Source of the DNA: an uncultured Acidobacteriota bacterium
GTDB lineage: Bacteria > Acidobacteriota > Blastocatellia > Pyrinomonadales > Pyrinomonadaceae
NCBI GenBank assembly: GCA_963800055.1
Contig: CAWCZP010000003.1
Span: 218,824-282,823, forward strand
DNA: 64,000 nt
Direction of reading: 5' to 3'
The translations under genes were made by a program, and so were the position numbers. A model generated the notes under the pieces. The model made no database searches. It was not told the origin of the DNA and saw only the letters and a list, made by a program, of their open reading frames with translations. This document shows positions 1 to 10,066 of this stretch, piece after piece. Numbering within the stretch: position 1 is the stretch's first letter; each line of letters starts with the position of its first letter.

Positions 1-105
1 TCGTACGCCTAAACTATTAATCTGACGCATCTTAAGTGATACCTTACTTTAAAGTCAAGATTGCTCGCACGGGTTCCAGTTTGTGATAATTCTGTGTAAC
101 TGACG

Positions 106-1200
106 TTAGAGCTTGAAGTCGAAGTCGATATACCCGGCGAACCGGACAGGCTTGTTGTTGACTAATGACGGCGGGAACGTCCAGCCCTTCGCAGCCTCTT
201 CTGCTGCGTGACGCAGGAGCGAAGGGCCTTCAGAGTTCGTGACCCAGATCTTTCCGTTTTCATCAACTATCGCGAAAACTCTGACTGTCCCCGAAACGTT
301 GTGCGACTTCGCAGATGGAGGATAGACAGGCGTCACGCGCTTGGTTTCTCTGCCGCTCAGCGATCCTGTGCTGACGAGCTGCGGCTCGGGACCAGTCGCT
401 GGCGCGGCGATCGGAGTTGCCGATGAAGGATCCGCGGGTGCGGCAGGCTTAGTTGAAAACGGATTCGGAGTCCTGTTGGTCATCGCATCGAGCGCCGGCG
501 ACCGCCCAAGCGAAGCGACCTGAATCTGCGACTTGGCCATCTTCTCGCGCGCCAGGATGTATTCCGTCTGCCACTTGGCGTGGTCCTCATTGTTGCGCGC
601 GAGCGCCGAGCGAATTCCGAGCACGTCTTCCAATAGAGCCAGCGCTTCGTAAGATCGCGCTGCTACCTGGGCGATCTCGTTTGCCTGCGCGATTACGCGT
701 TCGAGCAAAGTGCGGACGCGTTCAAGGTCGGTATTCGCTTCCGCGGGAAGTCCGGGTTCACTGGGATTGAGTCCAAAACTGCGATAACGAGCGAGATGCG
801 CGCGAATACCGTTGAGCGTTTGGCCGGCCGCGGCGAAGTAAGTGCGAAGGGATTCATCTTTCTGTGCCGCGCGTTGCTGGAAGGCTTCTTCAAGTAACGC
901 CTGGGAGCGCCCGTAGTTTCCCTCTTCGAGGTAAATACCAAGCAACATCAGAGTCGTGACGTTGCGCAACGTGACGTCGTTGACCGACGCACGTATGTTT
1001 TCCAATTCGGTCGCGGCAGCTTGAAGCTGATGCACGGCAGCGAGTGCGCGGGCGCGCTCAATCCTTCGCATAGCAGGATTCTCGGCTGCTTCCTCGCTCG
1101 ACCCAGTCGACTGCCCTGCCGCGAAAACGGCTGTGATTAGAATTAGAAATGCAGAGAGGATTATGTTGACGTGGGGGCGGACGTAAGAAAAAGAACTCAA
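106..1200 (-). CDS. TonB C-terminal domain protein with N-terminal membrane anchor and helical (TPR-like) region
   Basis: 364-aa ORF. Hydrophobic N-terminus (ILSAFLILITAVFAAG) and Pro/Ala-rich linker (PAAPADPSSATPIAAPATGPEP). The last ~80 aa resemble a TonB energy-transducer C-domain (VTPVYPPSAK..GTVRVFAIVDENGK..). Confidence 0.6.
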   Translation of the reverse strand: MSSFSYVRPHVNIILSAFLILITAVFAAGQSTGSSEEAAENPAMRRIERARALAAVHQLQAAATELENIRASVNDVTLRNVTTLMLLGIYLEEGNYGRSQALLEEAFQQRAAQKDESLRTYFAAAGQTLNGIRAHLARYRSFGLNPSEPGLPAEANTDLERVRTLLERVIAQANEIAQVAARSYEALALLEDVLGIRSALARNNEDHAKWQTEYILAREKMAKSQIQVASLGRSPALDAMTNRTPNPFSTKPAAPADPSSATPIAAPATGPEPQLVSTGSLSGRETKRVTPVYPPSAKSHNVSGTVRVFAIVDENGKIWVTNSEGPSLLRHAAEEAAKGWTFPPSLVNNKPVRFAGYIDFDFKL

Positions 1201-1355
1201 ATCGGTGACTCCTGAAATACAAAAGCGAGCCTAATGCTCGCTTACACTGTTGATCATTTTGTCGAGGCTATTATGGCCGCAACGGGGCCAATGAGGCAAG
1301 AGGGGGCTTTAGCAACGACCTCTTTTTGACGCCGCGGTGTTAGAATGCCGCTGAA

Positions 1356-1643
1356 ATGAGTTCTATACCAGCCAATGAGCTAATCGTTGCCGGCATCGAG
1401 GATCTGCGGTCTCGGCGCGAAACAATGGCGGCTTTTCTCGTGGCAATCGGAGCACCAAAGCTCCGCAGTCTTGGCTTGGACATCCCTGAAAACTTACCTT
1501 CCAATCCGGAACATAGGCTTTATGACTTGTTGGCCACCACTGAGCCAGATTCCGCCCACTCCCGATACAACGCTCTGATTAGACGACTTGTTAGTTTTGA
1601 ACGAGCACTTCCATCAGTCAAAAGTAAATCCCAGACTGTGTGA
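1356..1643 (+). CDS. hypothetical small protein
   Basis: 95-aa ORF in an otherwise empty interval; no recognisable motif. Confidence 0.3.
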   Translation: MSSIPANELIVAGIEDLRSRRETMAAFLVAIGAPKLRSLGLDIPENLPSNPEHRLYDLLATTEPDSAHSRYNALIRRLVSFERALPSVKSKSQTV

Positions 1644-1732
1644 ACTTCACCACAATGTGATTCGCAAAACCGAGGCATGACTCCCAGGTACATAAAATTT
1701 TTCGTTTGACAAAGAACTGGCTTCTCCGCTTC

Positions 1733-1912
1733 GGCTTCGCCGCCTGATGTGAGGCGGGGCTTGCCCCGCCGGAGACTTGTTTTCAGATTGCGCTACGCCC
1801 TTAGTTCGGGCTCTCCGTAGTGCGGGTCAAAGCCCAAACCGAGGGCATAGCCCCAACCTTAAAAGAGAATTACGGCGGGGCAGAACCCCGCCTCACATTA
1901 GGCGGCGAAGCC
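1733..1912. repeat. ~180-bp element bounded by 27-bp terminal inverted repeats (MITE-like or structured RNA)
   Basis: GGCTTCGCCGCCTGATGTGAGGCGGGG (1733-1759) versus CCCCGCCTCACATTAGGCGGCGAAGCC (1886-1912), 26/27 complementary. Each end also carries a local GGCGGGGC..GCCCCGCC-type hairpin. There is an internal CGCTACG..CGTAGTGCG stem. Confidence 0.6.
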
Positions 1913-1958
1913 GTTTCCGCAAACTCAAACGGTTGAAGATCGTGGAAATGGCTTGTTA

Positions 1959-3389
1959 TTACTGCGGTGACGCTGCAGTTCCCAGGCTCTTGATAATCCG
2001 GTCGCGGAAGGTGCGGGCTTCGTTTTTGATGGTGGTCTCGTTGAGGGTCAACAAACGGCGGTTGCGCATGACGATGCGGCCGTTGATGATGACGGTTTCG
2101 ACGTCGGAGGCCTTGGTGGCGTAGACGAGGTCTGAATAGACATTGTACAGCGGGATCTGGTTGAGGGTGTCGCGATTGAGGAGCAGTATGTCAGCGCGTT
2201 TTCCCTTCTCGAGCGAACCGATCTCCTTTTCCAGATGAAGCGCCTGGGCACCGCGAATGGTGGCCAACTCGAACGCCTGCTGCGCGGAGATCACCTTCGG
2301 ATCGCCGCTGAAAACCTTGTGCAGCTTGGCGACAGTGTCCATCTCTTCCCACATGTTCAAGTCGTTGTTTGAAGCGGCGCCGTCAGTTCCCAACCCTACG
2401 AAAAGGTCTTCAGTCATCATCTTCGGAACGGGTGCGACGCCTGCCGCGAGTTTCATGTTTGACTGCGGATTGTGAACCACTCCAACACCGCGGCGCTTCA
2501 AAATCGCGATGTCAGTTCCCTGCGGCCACACCACATGCGCTGCGATCACGCGTTCATTCAAAAAACCAATGCGATCGAGATATGCCACGGGGCTGGCGCC
2601 TTTGTCTTTTACACTATCGTCGACTTCCCTCTTCGTCTCCGAAACGTGAGTCACGATGGGCGCGCCCGTGCGATCGGAAAATGCACGCGCAGCTTTGAGA
2701 TGTTGCTCCGAGACCGTGTACGGCGCGTGAGGCGCGATCGCTGGAATGATCAGCTCGTGCCCTTTCCAGCGTGCGACAAACTTCTCAACATAAGCCATCG
2801 CTTCGGCGTTGTTCTTGTTGTCGGCTACTGGAAAGTCGATGACTGTTTCTCCCAGCACGCCACGAACGCCCGCTTTCGCCGTCTCATCGGCGATCGCGTC
2901 TTCGAAGTAATACATGTCGCAGTAGGTCGTGGTGCCTCCGCGGATCATTTCAGCCAATCCAAGCCGCGTTCCAACGCGCACGAATTCTTCAGTTACATTT
3001 TTCGCTTCGGCAGGAAAGATGTACTTCGTCAACCACTCCTGCAAATCGAGGTCGTCAGCCAAACCACGAAACAGCACCATCGGAATGTGCGTGTGGCCGT
3101 TAATCAACCCGGGCGTGATGACTTTGCCCGTCGCATTGATTCTCTGTCGCGACGTGTATTCACGCTCAACATCTGCACGTGGTCCAATCGCGACGATACG
3201 TCCCCGAGACACAGCAATTCCGCCGTCAGGGATAACCCGGCGCTCCTGGTCCATCGTGACGATCGTGCCACCGAGAACGAGCAGATCGACCGGCTCAGCG
3301 CGCTGCCGTCGTGTTTGAGCGGCGGCGTCTGAAAGTGGCGTGGAGAGCATGGTGGTTACGATCAGGGAAACACGAAAATGCTTTGGCAT
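1959..3389 (-). CDS. amidohydrolase family protein (MTA/SAH- or nucleoside/nucleobase-deaminase-like)
   Basis: 476-aa ORF with the metal-binding N-terminal motif ..LINGHTHIPMVLFRGLADDLDLQEWL.., typical of the MtaD/SsnA/guanine-deaminase branch. Signal-like N-terminus. Last gene of the nucleoside cluster. Confidence 0.75.
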   Translation of the reverse strand: MPKHFRVSLIVTTMLSTPLSDAAAQTRRQRAEPVDLLVLGGTIVTMDQERRVIPDGGIAVSRGRIVAIGPRADVEREYTSRQRINATGKVITPGLINGHTHIPMVLFRGLADDLDLQEWLTKYIFPAEAKNVTEEFVRVGTRLGLAEMIRGGTTTYCDMYYFEDAIADETAKAGVRGVLGETVIDFPVADNKNNAEAMAYVEKFVARWKGHELIIPAIAPHAPYTVSEQHLKAARAFSDRTGAPIVTHVSETKREVDDSVKDKGASPVAYLDRIGFLNERVIAAHVVWPQGTDIAILKRRGVGVVHNPQSNMKLAAGVAPVPKMMTEDLFVGLGTDGAASNNDLNMWEEMDTVAKLHKVFSGDPKVISAQQAFELATIRGAQALHLEKEIGSLEKGKRADILLLNRDTLNQIPLYNVYSDLVYATKASDVETVIINGRIVMRNRRLLTLNETTIKNEARTFRDRIIKSLGTAASPQ

Positions 3390-3795
3390 TCATTTCTTCT
3401 TCAAGAATCGCGCATCGAACGCGCGCGGCAACAGGTCGGCGATATGAAATTCTTCGCTCTGCCCATCGAGGTTCGCGAAACACGATATTCGCGCCTCTCG
3501 CAAATTCCCAGATGATCTGGCGGCAGGTTCCACAAGGCGGCGTCAGCGTTTCAGTATCAGCAACAACGGCGAGATCAGTGAACTGCCTTTCGCCTTCCGA
3601 CAACGCCTTCCAGATCGCAACGCGTTCCGCGCACACAGTTAATCCATAACTCGCGCTCTCGACGTTGCAGCCCGTGTAAACCTTGCCGCTTGCAGTTCTC
3701 ACTGCCGCGCCCACTTGAAAATTTGAAAATGGTGCGACCGATTGCAAGCGCGCACTCTTCGCCGCTTCAATCAACGGTCCAAAATCTCCGCTCAA
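3390..3795 (-). CDS. cdd: cytidine deaminase (one +1 frameshift near 3478-3480 in this sequence)
   Basis: ..APFSNFQVGAAVRTASGKVYTGCNVESASYGLTVCAERVAIWKA..PPCGTCRQIIWEF.. shows the CAE and PCGxCRQ zinc motifs. TTG start at 3795 sits 6 nt after GGAGG (3802-3806). Removing one base of the run at 3478-3480 gives the C-terminus ANLDGQSEEFHIADLLPRAFDARFLKKK with a stop at 3390-3392, directly abutting the next start at 3389. Confidence 0.8.
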
Positions 3796-4434
3796 AGTTG
3801 ACCTCCAGCAATTGATAAAGCATTGGTCAGCCTCTCGCGAATTTTTCCGACTCAACAAGTCGATGCTTACGAGATTATGACCACCCTCAGGAATGATAAC
3901 GTCGGCATGGCGCTTCGAAGGCTCAACAAACTGCATGTGCATGGGCCTCACGGTCGCGAGATATTGTTCGATGACTGATTCGACTGTGCGACCACGCTCG
4001 GCAATGTCGCGCCGCAGCCGTCGAATGAAGCGAATATCGTCAGGTGTGTCGACAAACACCTTGATGTCCATCTGCTCGAGCAGGCGCGGATCGGCGAAGA
4101 TCAAGATTCCCTCAACGATCACGATCGGCTTTGGCTCAACGAAGCGCGTTTCGTTCAATCGCGAGTGGGTCTTGAAGTCGTAGAGCGGCAATTCAATCGC
4201 TTCACCTGCCTTCAACCGGCGCACGTGGTTCACGAGCAGCTCGTTATCAAGCGCGTCAGGATGATCGAAATTGGCAACACCGCGATAATCGAGTGGAAGA
4301 TCGGTGAGGTTTCGATAGTAGGAATCTTGTTGAATGAAAACTACTTCGCGGGCACTAACTGATTCGAGAATGCGGTTCGCAACAGTGGTCTTCCCTGAGC
4401 CCGTTCCACCCGAAATGCCAATAATCATGCTCAT
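3792..4434 (-). CDS. udk: uridine kinase (one +1 frameshift in the A5 run at 3842-3846 fuses it in frame to cdd in this sequence)
   Basis: MSMIIGISGGTGSGKTT (P-loop), ..FIQQDSYYRNL.., ..NFDHPDALD.., ..IIPEGGHNLVSIDLL... With one A removed the C-terminus reads ..LLSRKIRERLTNALSIAGGQL and the stop TGA overlaps the cdd TTG start (TTGA). Confidence 0.8.
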
Positions 4435-4481
4435 GTACAGGATTGTTCTTAGGCTTAGTTTAATCGCTTTGGCCAAAAACC

Positions 4482-5333
4482 TTAGACTCTTCGACTAATC
4501 GCACTCACAACTTTCCGCAGCAACTCCGTAAACGTTCCCCGCACACGATCGCCCGTCGCCATCACCTCTTCATGATTGATCGGCGCATCACTGAGACCCG
4601 CTGCCATGTTGGTGATGCACGAGATGCCAAGCACCTCCAAACCCATGTGCCGCGCGACGATCGCCTCAGGAACAGTGCTCATTCCAACTGCATCCGCGCC
4701 AAGGTTTCGCAGCATGAGGATCTCAGCCGGCGTTTCGTAACTCGGACCAGACAACGCGCCGTAGATTCCCCGCCGCACCTCCACGCCGATAGCCCTCGCT
4801 TCTTCGACAACCAACTCCTGAAGCTCGGGCGAGTAGACCGTCGACATATCCGGGAAGCGTGGTCCAAATCGTTCATCGTTTGGTCCACGCAACGGATTCG
4901 CGCCCATCAAGTTGAGATGATCGCTGAGCACCATCAACGCGCCCTGTTGCAGCTGGACGTTTATCCCTCCGGCGGCGTTCGTGAGAATCACGGTTTTGAT
5001 TCCCAGCAGGTTGAAAGTACGCATCGGAAACGTGACTTCCTCAAGCGAGTAGCCTTCGTAGTAATGCATGCGACCCTTCATCGCCAGGATCGGAACAGTA
5101 TCAACCTTGCCTACTACTAACTGTCCTGCGTGTCCTTGCGCAGTCGAACGCATAAACCCAGGTATGTCTTCATACGGGATGCTGACAGCCTCTTCAAAGT
5201 CGTCAGCAAAACCACCGAGACCACTCCCGAGCACAACCGCGATCCGCGGTTCGACACTTATTCTCGCTCTGATGATTCTGGTGGCGTGCTCGGCGCGTTC
5301 GTAAAGACTCGTGCTTGCCGTTCGCTCAACCAT
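4482..5333 (-). CDS. punA: purine nucleoside phosphorylase (trimeric PunA/XapA type)
   Basis: 283 aa; ..VVLGSGLGGFADDFE..IPGF..STAQGHAGQLVVGKV..MKGRMHYYEGY..ILTNAAGGIN..MSTVPEAI.. Confidence 0.85.
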   Translation of the reverse strand: MVERTASTSLYERAEHATRIIRARISVEPRIAVVLGSGLGGFADDFEEAVSIPYEDIPGFMRSTAQGHAGQLVVGKVDTVPILAMKGRMHYYEGYSLEEVTFPMRTFNLLGIKTVILTNAAGGINVQLQQGALMVLSDHLNLMGANPLRGPNDERFGPRFPDMSTVYSPELQELVVEEARAIGVEVRRGIYGALSGPSYETPAEILMLRNLGADAVGMSTVPEAIVARHMGLEVLGISCITNMAAGLSDAPINHEEVMATGDRVRGTFTELLRKVVSAISRRV

Positions 5334-5343
5334 TCAAAACCTC

Positions 5344-6269
5344 CTACTTCTCTTTCTGATACGGTATGCCAAGAGCGCGCGGTGGCCGGGACGATCCAAT
5401 AAAGCCCGCAAGCACTACAATGGTCAAGACGTAAGGAACCATTTGGATGAATTGCACCGGAATATCTTCGCCCGATGGTAACTTAAACACACCCTGCATC
5501 TGAATCGAAACCGCTTCAGTAAACCCAAACAGAAGACACGCGAGCAGCGTCGGCACTGGTTTCCACTTTCCGAAGATCAAAGCCGCGAGCGCGATGAACC
5601 CACGACCCGCAGTCATGTTGCGTGTAAACAACGACGACTGCCCGATCGAAAGATATGCGCCACCAAGTCCCGCCAAAACACCGGCGAGCAACACGCCCGA
5701 GTATCTGTATGCGACTCACGCTGACACCCGCAGCATCGGCAGCTTCAGGATTCTCTCCGACCGATCGCAGTCGCAATCCAAAAGGTGTCTTGTAAAGCAC
5801 GTACCAGATTCCAGCCACGAGCGCGAGTATCACGATAGCAATAAGCCATGGCGACTGCGGCAACAGATGGTCCTTTGGAATTTGCGGAGTCGATCCTGAG
5901 GAGAGAAACAAAGCGCCACCCAAGAAAACCAGGTATGCCCAGCATCAGGATGTTAATTGCCGCCCCACTCACCACCTGATCGGCTTTGAACCTGATGCAG
6001 CTCACTGCGTAAATCGCCGCAATGAAAAGTCCCGCAATCATCCCGGCAAGTAAACCCGCCCACGGACTCGCGGCTCCCATTCCCAATCTCGTGTCTGCTG
6101 CGTACGTAACTGCGGCCGCCGTGAAAGCTCCCGCAAGCATTTTTCCTTCGAGTGCGATGTTGATGACGCCGGATCGCTCCGAGAACAGACCGCCAAGCGC
6201 CGCGAGCACGAGCGGTGTTGCGACGCGAATCGTTGAAGCTATGAGTGAAAGACTGAAGAGATCTCTCAT
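5344..6269 (-). CDS. BMP-type (nucleoside/simple-sugar) ABC transporter permease, NupQ/YufQ-like; two frameshifts
   Basis: Three overlapping ORF pieces (5344-5694, 5516-5923, 5745-6317) together read as one polytopic permease. The ATG at 6269 overlaps the upstream stop (ATGA). Confidence 0.7.
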
Positions 6270-7342
6270 TGGTTTACTCTCAAACGTTGCATCGAGAACC
6301 TTCCTCCCAAAAGCCACTTGAAGAACGCCTCAGCGGCGACGAACAGAATGATGATGCCTTGAAGCACCTGCACGATATCTTTCGTGACGTGCTCTGAAAA
6401 ACCATCGACGTAGATTCCGCCGTGTTGTAGTGCAGCAAACAACAACGCCGCGAGGATCACGCCCACCGGATGATTACGACCGAGCAGCGCGACGGCAATT
6501 CCGGTATAACCATAGTTGTCAGAGAAGCCGTCGTAGTAACGATGCCGATCGCCGAGCACTTCGTTGATGCCGACCATTCCCGCGAGTGCGCCTGAAACTG
6601 CCATCGCCAAAACGATCTGAGTGCGAGTCGAAATACCGCCGTACTCTGCCGCAAACGGATTGCTGCCGGTAGCGCGTATCTCGTAACCCCACTTCGTGCG
6701 CCACAGAAATAGATAGACCAGAAGACAGCAGAGCAGCGCGAGCAGGAATGCAACGTTCAAAGGAATGCGTTCAGGAAAACCGGGAATGAATTTACCGAGA
6801 CGTGCGATGTGTGCGCCTGCGCCGATTTCTGCGGTTTGCAGTATCGGATCGCCTCCAACCCTGTAGTGATACTGCGTGAAGTAACTGACGAGCGCGATCC
6901 CGATGAAGTTCAACATGATCGTGTTGATGACTTCGTGCGATCCAAATCGCGCTTTCAAGACGCCCGGAATCGCTCCCCAGAACGCGCCACTAAATATCGC
7001 CGCGAGGCAGCAGAACGGAATGAGAAGCCAGGGCGATAGATTTGCGAAAGTAATTCCGACCCATGCTGTTGCGAATGCCGCGACGTAGAGTTGACCTTCA
7101 GCACCGATGTTGAATAAGCCGCAACGAAATCCCACGAGGACCGCGAGCCCCGTGAAGATCAGTGGTGTTGCATGAAACAGCGTGTAGCCGATTCCGTCGG
7201 GCCATGAGAGCGCGCTGCCGAGGAGTAAGCGATAAGCGACTAACGGATTGTCGCCGATGAGAATTATCAAAATGCCGCCAACAATAAATGCGGCCAACAC
7301 GGCGATCAGAGGGAACAGAAGCTCACGCGCGAGTTTGTTCAT
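6266..7342 (-). CDS. BMP-type ABC transporter permease, NupP/YufP-like
   Basis: Polytopic membrane ORF. Start placed at the internal ATG (7342) because the 7366 start would lie inside the intercistronic hairpin. Confidence 0.75.
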   Translation of the reverse strand: MNKLARELLFPLIAVLAAFIVGGILIILIGDNPLVAYRLLLGSALSWPDGIGYTLFHATPLIFTGLAVLVGFRCGLFNIGAEGQLYVAAFATAWVGITFANLSPWLLIPFCCLAAIFSGAFWGAIPGVLKARFGSHEVINTIMLNFIGIALVSYFTQYHYRVGGDPILQTAEIGAGAHIARLGKFIPGFPERIPLNVAFLLALLCCLLVYLFLWRTKWGYEIRATGSNPFAAEYGGISTRTQIVLAMAVSGALAGMVGINEVLGDRHRYYDGFSDNYGYTGIAVALLGRNHPVGVILAALLFAALQHGGIYVDGFSEHVTKDIVQVLQGIIILFVAAEAFFKWLLGGRFSMQRLRVNQ

Positions 7343-7353
7343 GTAGTGGTATG

Positions 7354-7418
7354 GTTTGGAGTTCAACCTTTAGGTTGTGCCTTCGTTTGGACGGCAAGCT
7401 AAAGCTTGAACTCCAAAC
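7354..7418. other. intercistronic stem-loop between the ABC ATPase and permease genes
   Basis: Perfect 13-bp inverted repeat GTTTGGAGTTCAA (7354-7366) / TTGAACTCCAAAC (7406-7418), with further partial pairing inside. Confidence 0.6.
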
Positions 7419-7420
7419 GA

Positions 7421-8934
7421 TTAATGTCCGCGAGTCATCAACAACCCAATCTCCTCAAGGGTCGCAACTTTCGGATCGACCTCACCTGCTATTCGCCCTT
7501 CGTGAATGATCAGCAGCCGATCGGAAAGACTGGTCACTTCCTCAAGCTCCGCCGACACCAGCAGGATCGCGCAACCAGCATCACGCAACGCAACCAACTG
7601 GCGGTGAATAAACTCGATCGCCCCGATATCAACTCCGCGTGTCGGTTGCGAAACGAGTAACAACTTCGGATTGACGTGATACTCGCGGCCGATGATCAGT
7701 TTCTGCTGGTTACCACCCGAAAACGCACGCGCAGGGAGTGCCGCGTTTGGCGGACGAACGTCGAAGCGTTGAATAATTTCATCTGCACGACGCTGGATCG
7801 CATTGCTATCGAGAAAAACTCCACCGGCCAGAGCAGCAATGGGCGGACGGTAATGCACGCCGAGTATCGAGTTCTCTGCGAGTATGAAGTCGAGCAACAA
7901 CCCGCGGCGGTGTCGATCTTCAGGAATGTGAGCGATGCCAAGCTCACGCCTCGCGCGCGCACCCACGATGTTGAGGCTTTTGCCTTCGAAGTTCATCTCG
8001 CCTGTGATGCGCGCCGGCTCAACCAGTCCAGCCAGTGCTTCGATCAGCTCCGTCTGCCCGTTGCCTTCAACTCCGGCAATGCCGACGATCTCGCCACTGC
8101 GAACTTCGAACGTTACCTCGTTAACACGTTTGGCGCCCTTTAATATCGACAACTGAAAGTTTGTTTACTTCGAGCTTGGGCGGGCCAACATCCGGATCAC
8201 TCTTCTCGACGCGCAGCAAGACTTCACGCCCAACCATCATTCGCGCCAGTTCCGCTGCGTTTGTGTCTTTCGTTTGGACACGGCCGACGACTTTTCCGTC
8301 GCGCATCACCGTAACTTCATCCGAGATCGCGAGCACTTCTGACAGTTTGTGAGTGATGATGATGACTGTTTTACCCTGCTCGCGCATGCGACGAAGAATC
8401 GCGAAGAATTCCTCGACTTCGAGTGGTGTCAGTACCGCGGTCGGTTCGTCGAGGATGAGTAAACGCGCATGTCGATAAAGCGCCTTCAACAACTCAACGC
8501 GTTGCTGCTGGCCCACTGACAAATGCTCGACTGGTTCGTTTGGATTGACTGCGAGTTTGAACTCTTCAGAGAGTTGCCTGATCTGAGAGGCGGCGCTCTT
8601 AAGATCCAGCGCCAGATTTGTCCCGGGCTCCGCGCCGAGCACGATGTTCTCAGCGACGGACATGGTCTCAACCAGCATGAAGTGCTGATGGACCATGCCA
8701 ATGCCGAGCGCGATCGCATCATGCGGCGACTTGATCTCACGCACCTGGCCGTCGACAAGAATCTCACCGCTGTCGGCGGTGTAAAAGCCATAGGCGATAC
8801 GCATCGCCGTCGACTTCCCCGCCCCATTCTCACCAACGATGGCGTGGATAGTCCCCGGCTTTACGACGATGTCGACATGATCGTTCGCGAGAACATCGCC
8901 AAAGCGTTTTAGTTATTTGTCGGAGTTCGAGCAT
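7421..8934 (-). CDS. ABC transporter ATP-binding protein with duplicated NBDs (nucleoside/sugar type); two frameshifts
   Basis: N-terminus MLELRQITK then (after removing one T/A of the run at 8907-8910) [35 protein letters not shown] (Walker A). Signatures [10 protein letters not shown] and [10 protein letters not shown]. The second shift is in the CCC run at 8136-8138. Confidence 0.8.
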
Positions 8935-8948
8935 CTAGACTGATTGAA

Positions 8949-9016
8949 GCCACAAAGAAGCACAAAAAGCACAACTGATTAACTAGATCTTTTGAGCCTT
9001 TTGTGCGTTTTGTGGC
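8949..9016. repeat. CACAAA-word hairpin between the SBP and ATPase genes
   Basis: GCCACAAAGAAGCACAAAAAGCACAA ... CTTTTGAGCCTTTTGTGCGTTTTGTGGC; imperfect inverted arrays of about 9-10-nt words. Confidence 0.6.
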
Positions 9017-9025
9017 AGTACATGT

Positions 9026-10066
9026 TTATCCACCCATCGCGTCTGTGACTTTAATTTCGCCCGCAATGATCTTCTTTTTAGCTTCCTCGGCTTGTTGAAT
9101 TGCGTCCTGTGGAACGAGGTCTTTGTTGAATTCGTCCATCGAGTAACCAACACCGTCTTTATCAAGACCAAAGACGTGCAGGCCCGGAACGAAGCGATGA
9201 TTTACGACATCCTTAACGATGTCGTACACCGACATTATCGACTCGCTTGACCATGCTCGTGAGAACAAAGCCTGGCTTCACCATGTTTTGATTTGAATCC
9301 ACGCCGATCACGAAATGCGTGGCGCGCCCGTTTTGCACGCCCTGCTGCTCGACGGCATCGAAAGCCCCCAAACCGGAATTCCCGGCGGCCGTGAAGATCA
9401 CGTCAGCGCCTTTGCCGATCTGTGCCAGCGACGAGTTCTTTACCTTTGCCCGGATTGTTCCACGCACGCATCAGTCACGCCAACATAGTTTCTGATCACG
9501 CGTATATTTGGGTTGACGGATTTAGCGCCTTCCTCGTAACCCTGCGCGAAACGATGAATCAGCCCGATGTCCATTCCGCCAAGAAATCCGATCGTGCCCG
9601 TTCGAGATGCTTTCGCAGCGAGTATGCCGACCAGGTACGAACCTTCATGCTCTTTGAAGACTAACGATGCAACGTTCGGCAACTTACTCACGCCATCGAT
9701 GATCGCGAACTGAATATTGGGATAGTCTTTCGCGACCTTCTCCATGATCGGCGCCTGCGCGAAACCCACTCCGATGATCAGATCGAAGTTCTGTTCGGCG
9801 AACGCACGCATCGCGGGCTCGATAGCGTTCGGCGTGCCTGGTTCAATGTCGCGCAACACGATTGGAAAATCTTTCGCAGCACGCTGCACGCCCTGCCACG
9901 CAGCCGCATTGAACGAACGATCATCTTTCCCGCCGATGTCAAAAACAATCCCGACGTGAATCTTCGATCCGTCGCGAGCCGCGGAGCTTCCACAGCCGGA
10001 CATCAGACAGTGTCGCACGCAAACCAAGGCAGCTGCAAAAACTGATTCGAGAACTTTGTATTTCAT
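9026..10066 (-). CDS. BMP family (Med/PnrA/TmpC-like) ABC transporter substrate-binding lipoprotein; two frameshifts
   Basis: Lipobox-like ..LMSGCGSS.., then ..HVGIVFDIGGKDDRSFNAAAWQG..LIIGVGFAQ..FAIIDG..FKEHEGSYLVGILAA... Three overlapping ORF pieces (9026-9268, 9213-9467, 9440-10066). Confidence 0.75.

Noticed and set aside
3295-4476. A single 393-aa ORF suggesting a natural Udk-Cdd fusion protein that overlaps the amidohydrolase start.
   Set aside because: Two one-base corrections in short runs give two canonical-length proteins with a TTGA start/stop overlap, a GGAGG RBS for cdd and a stop exactly abutting the next gene. The tail of the fused ORF (REPRWAERRISYRR..) looks non-protein-like.
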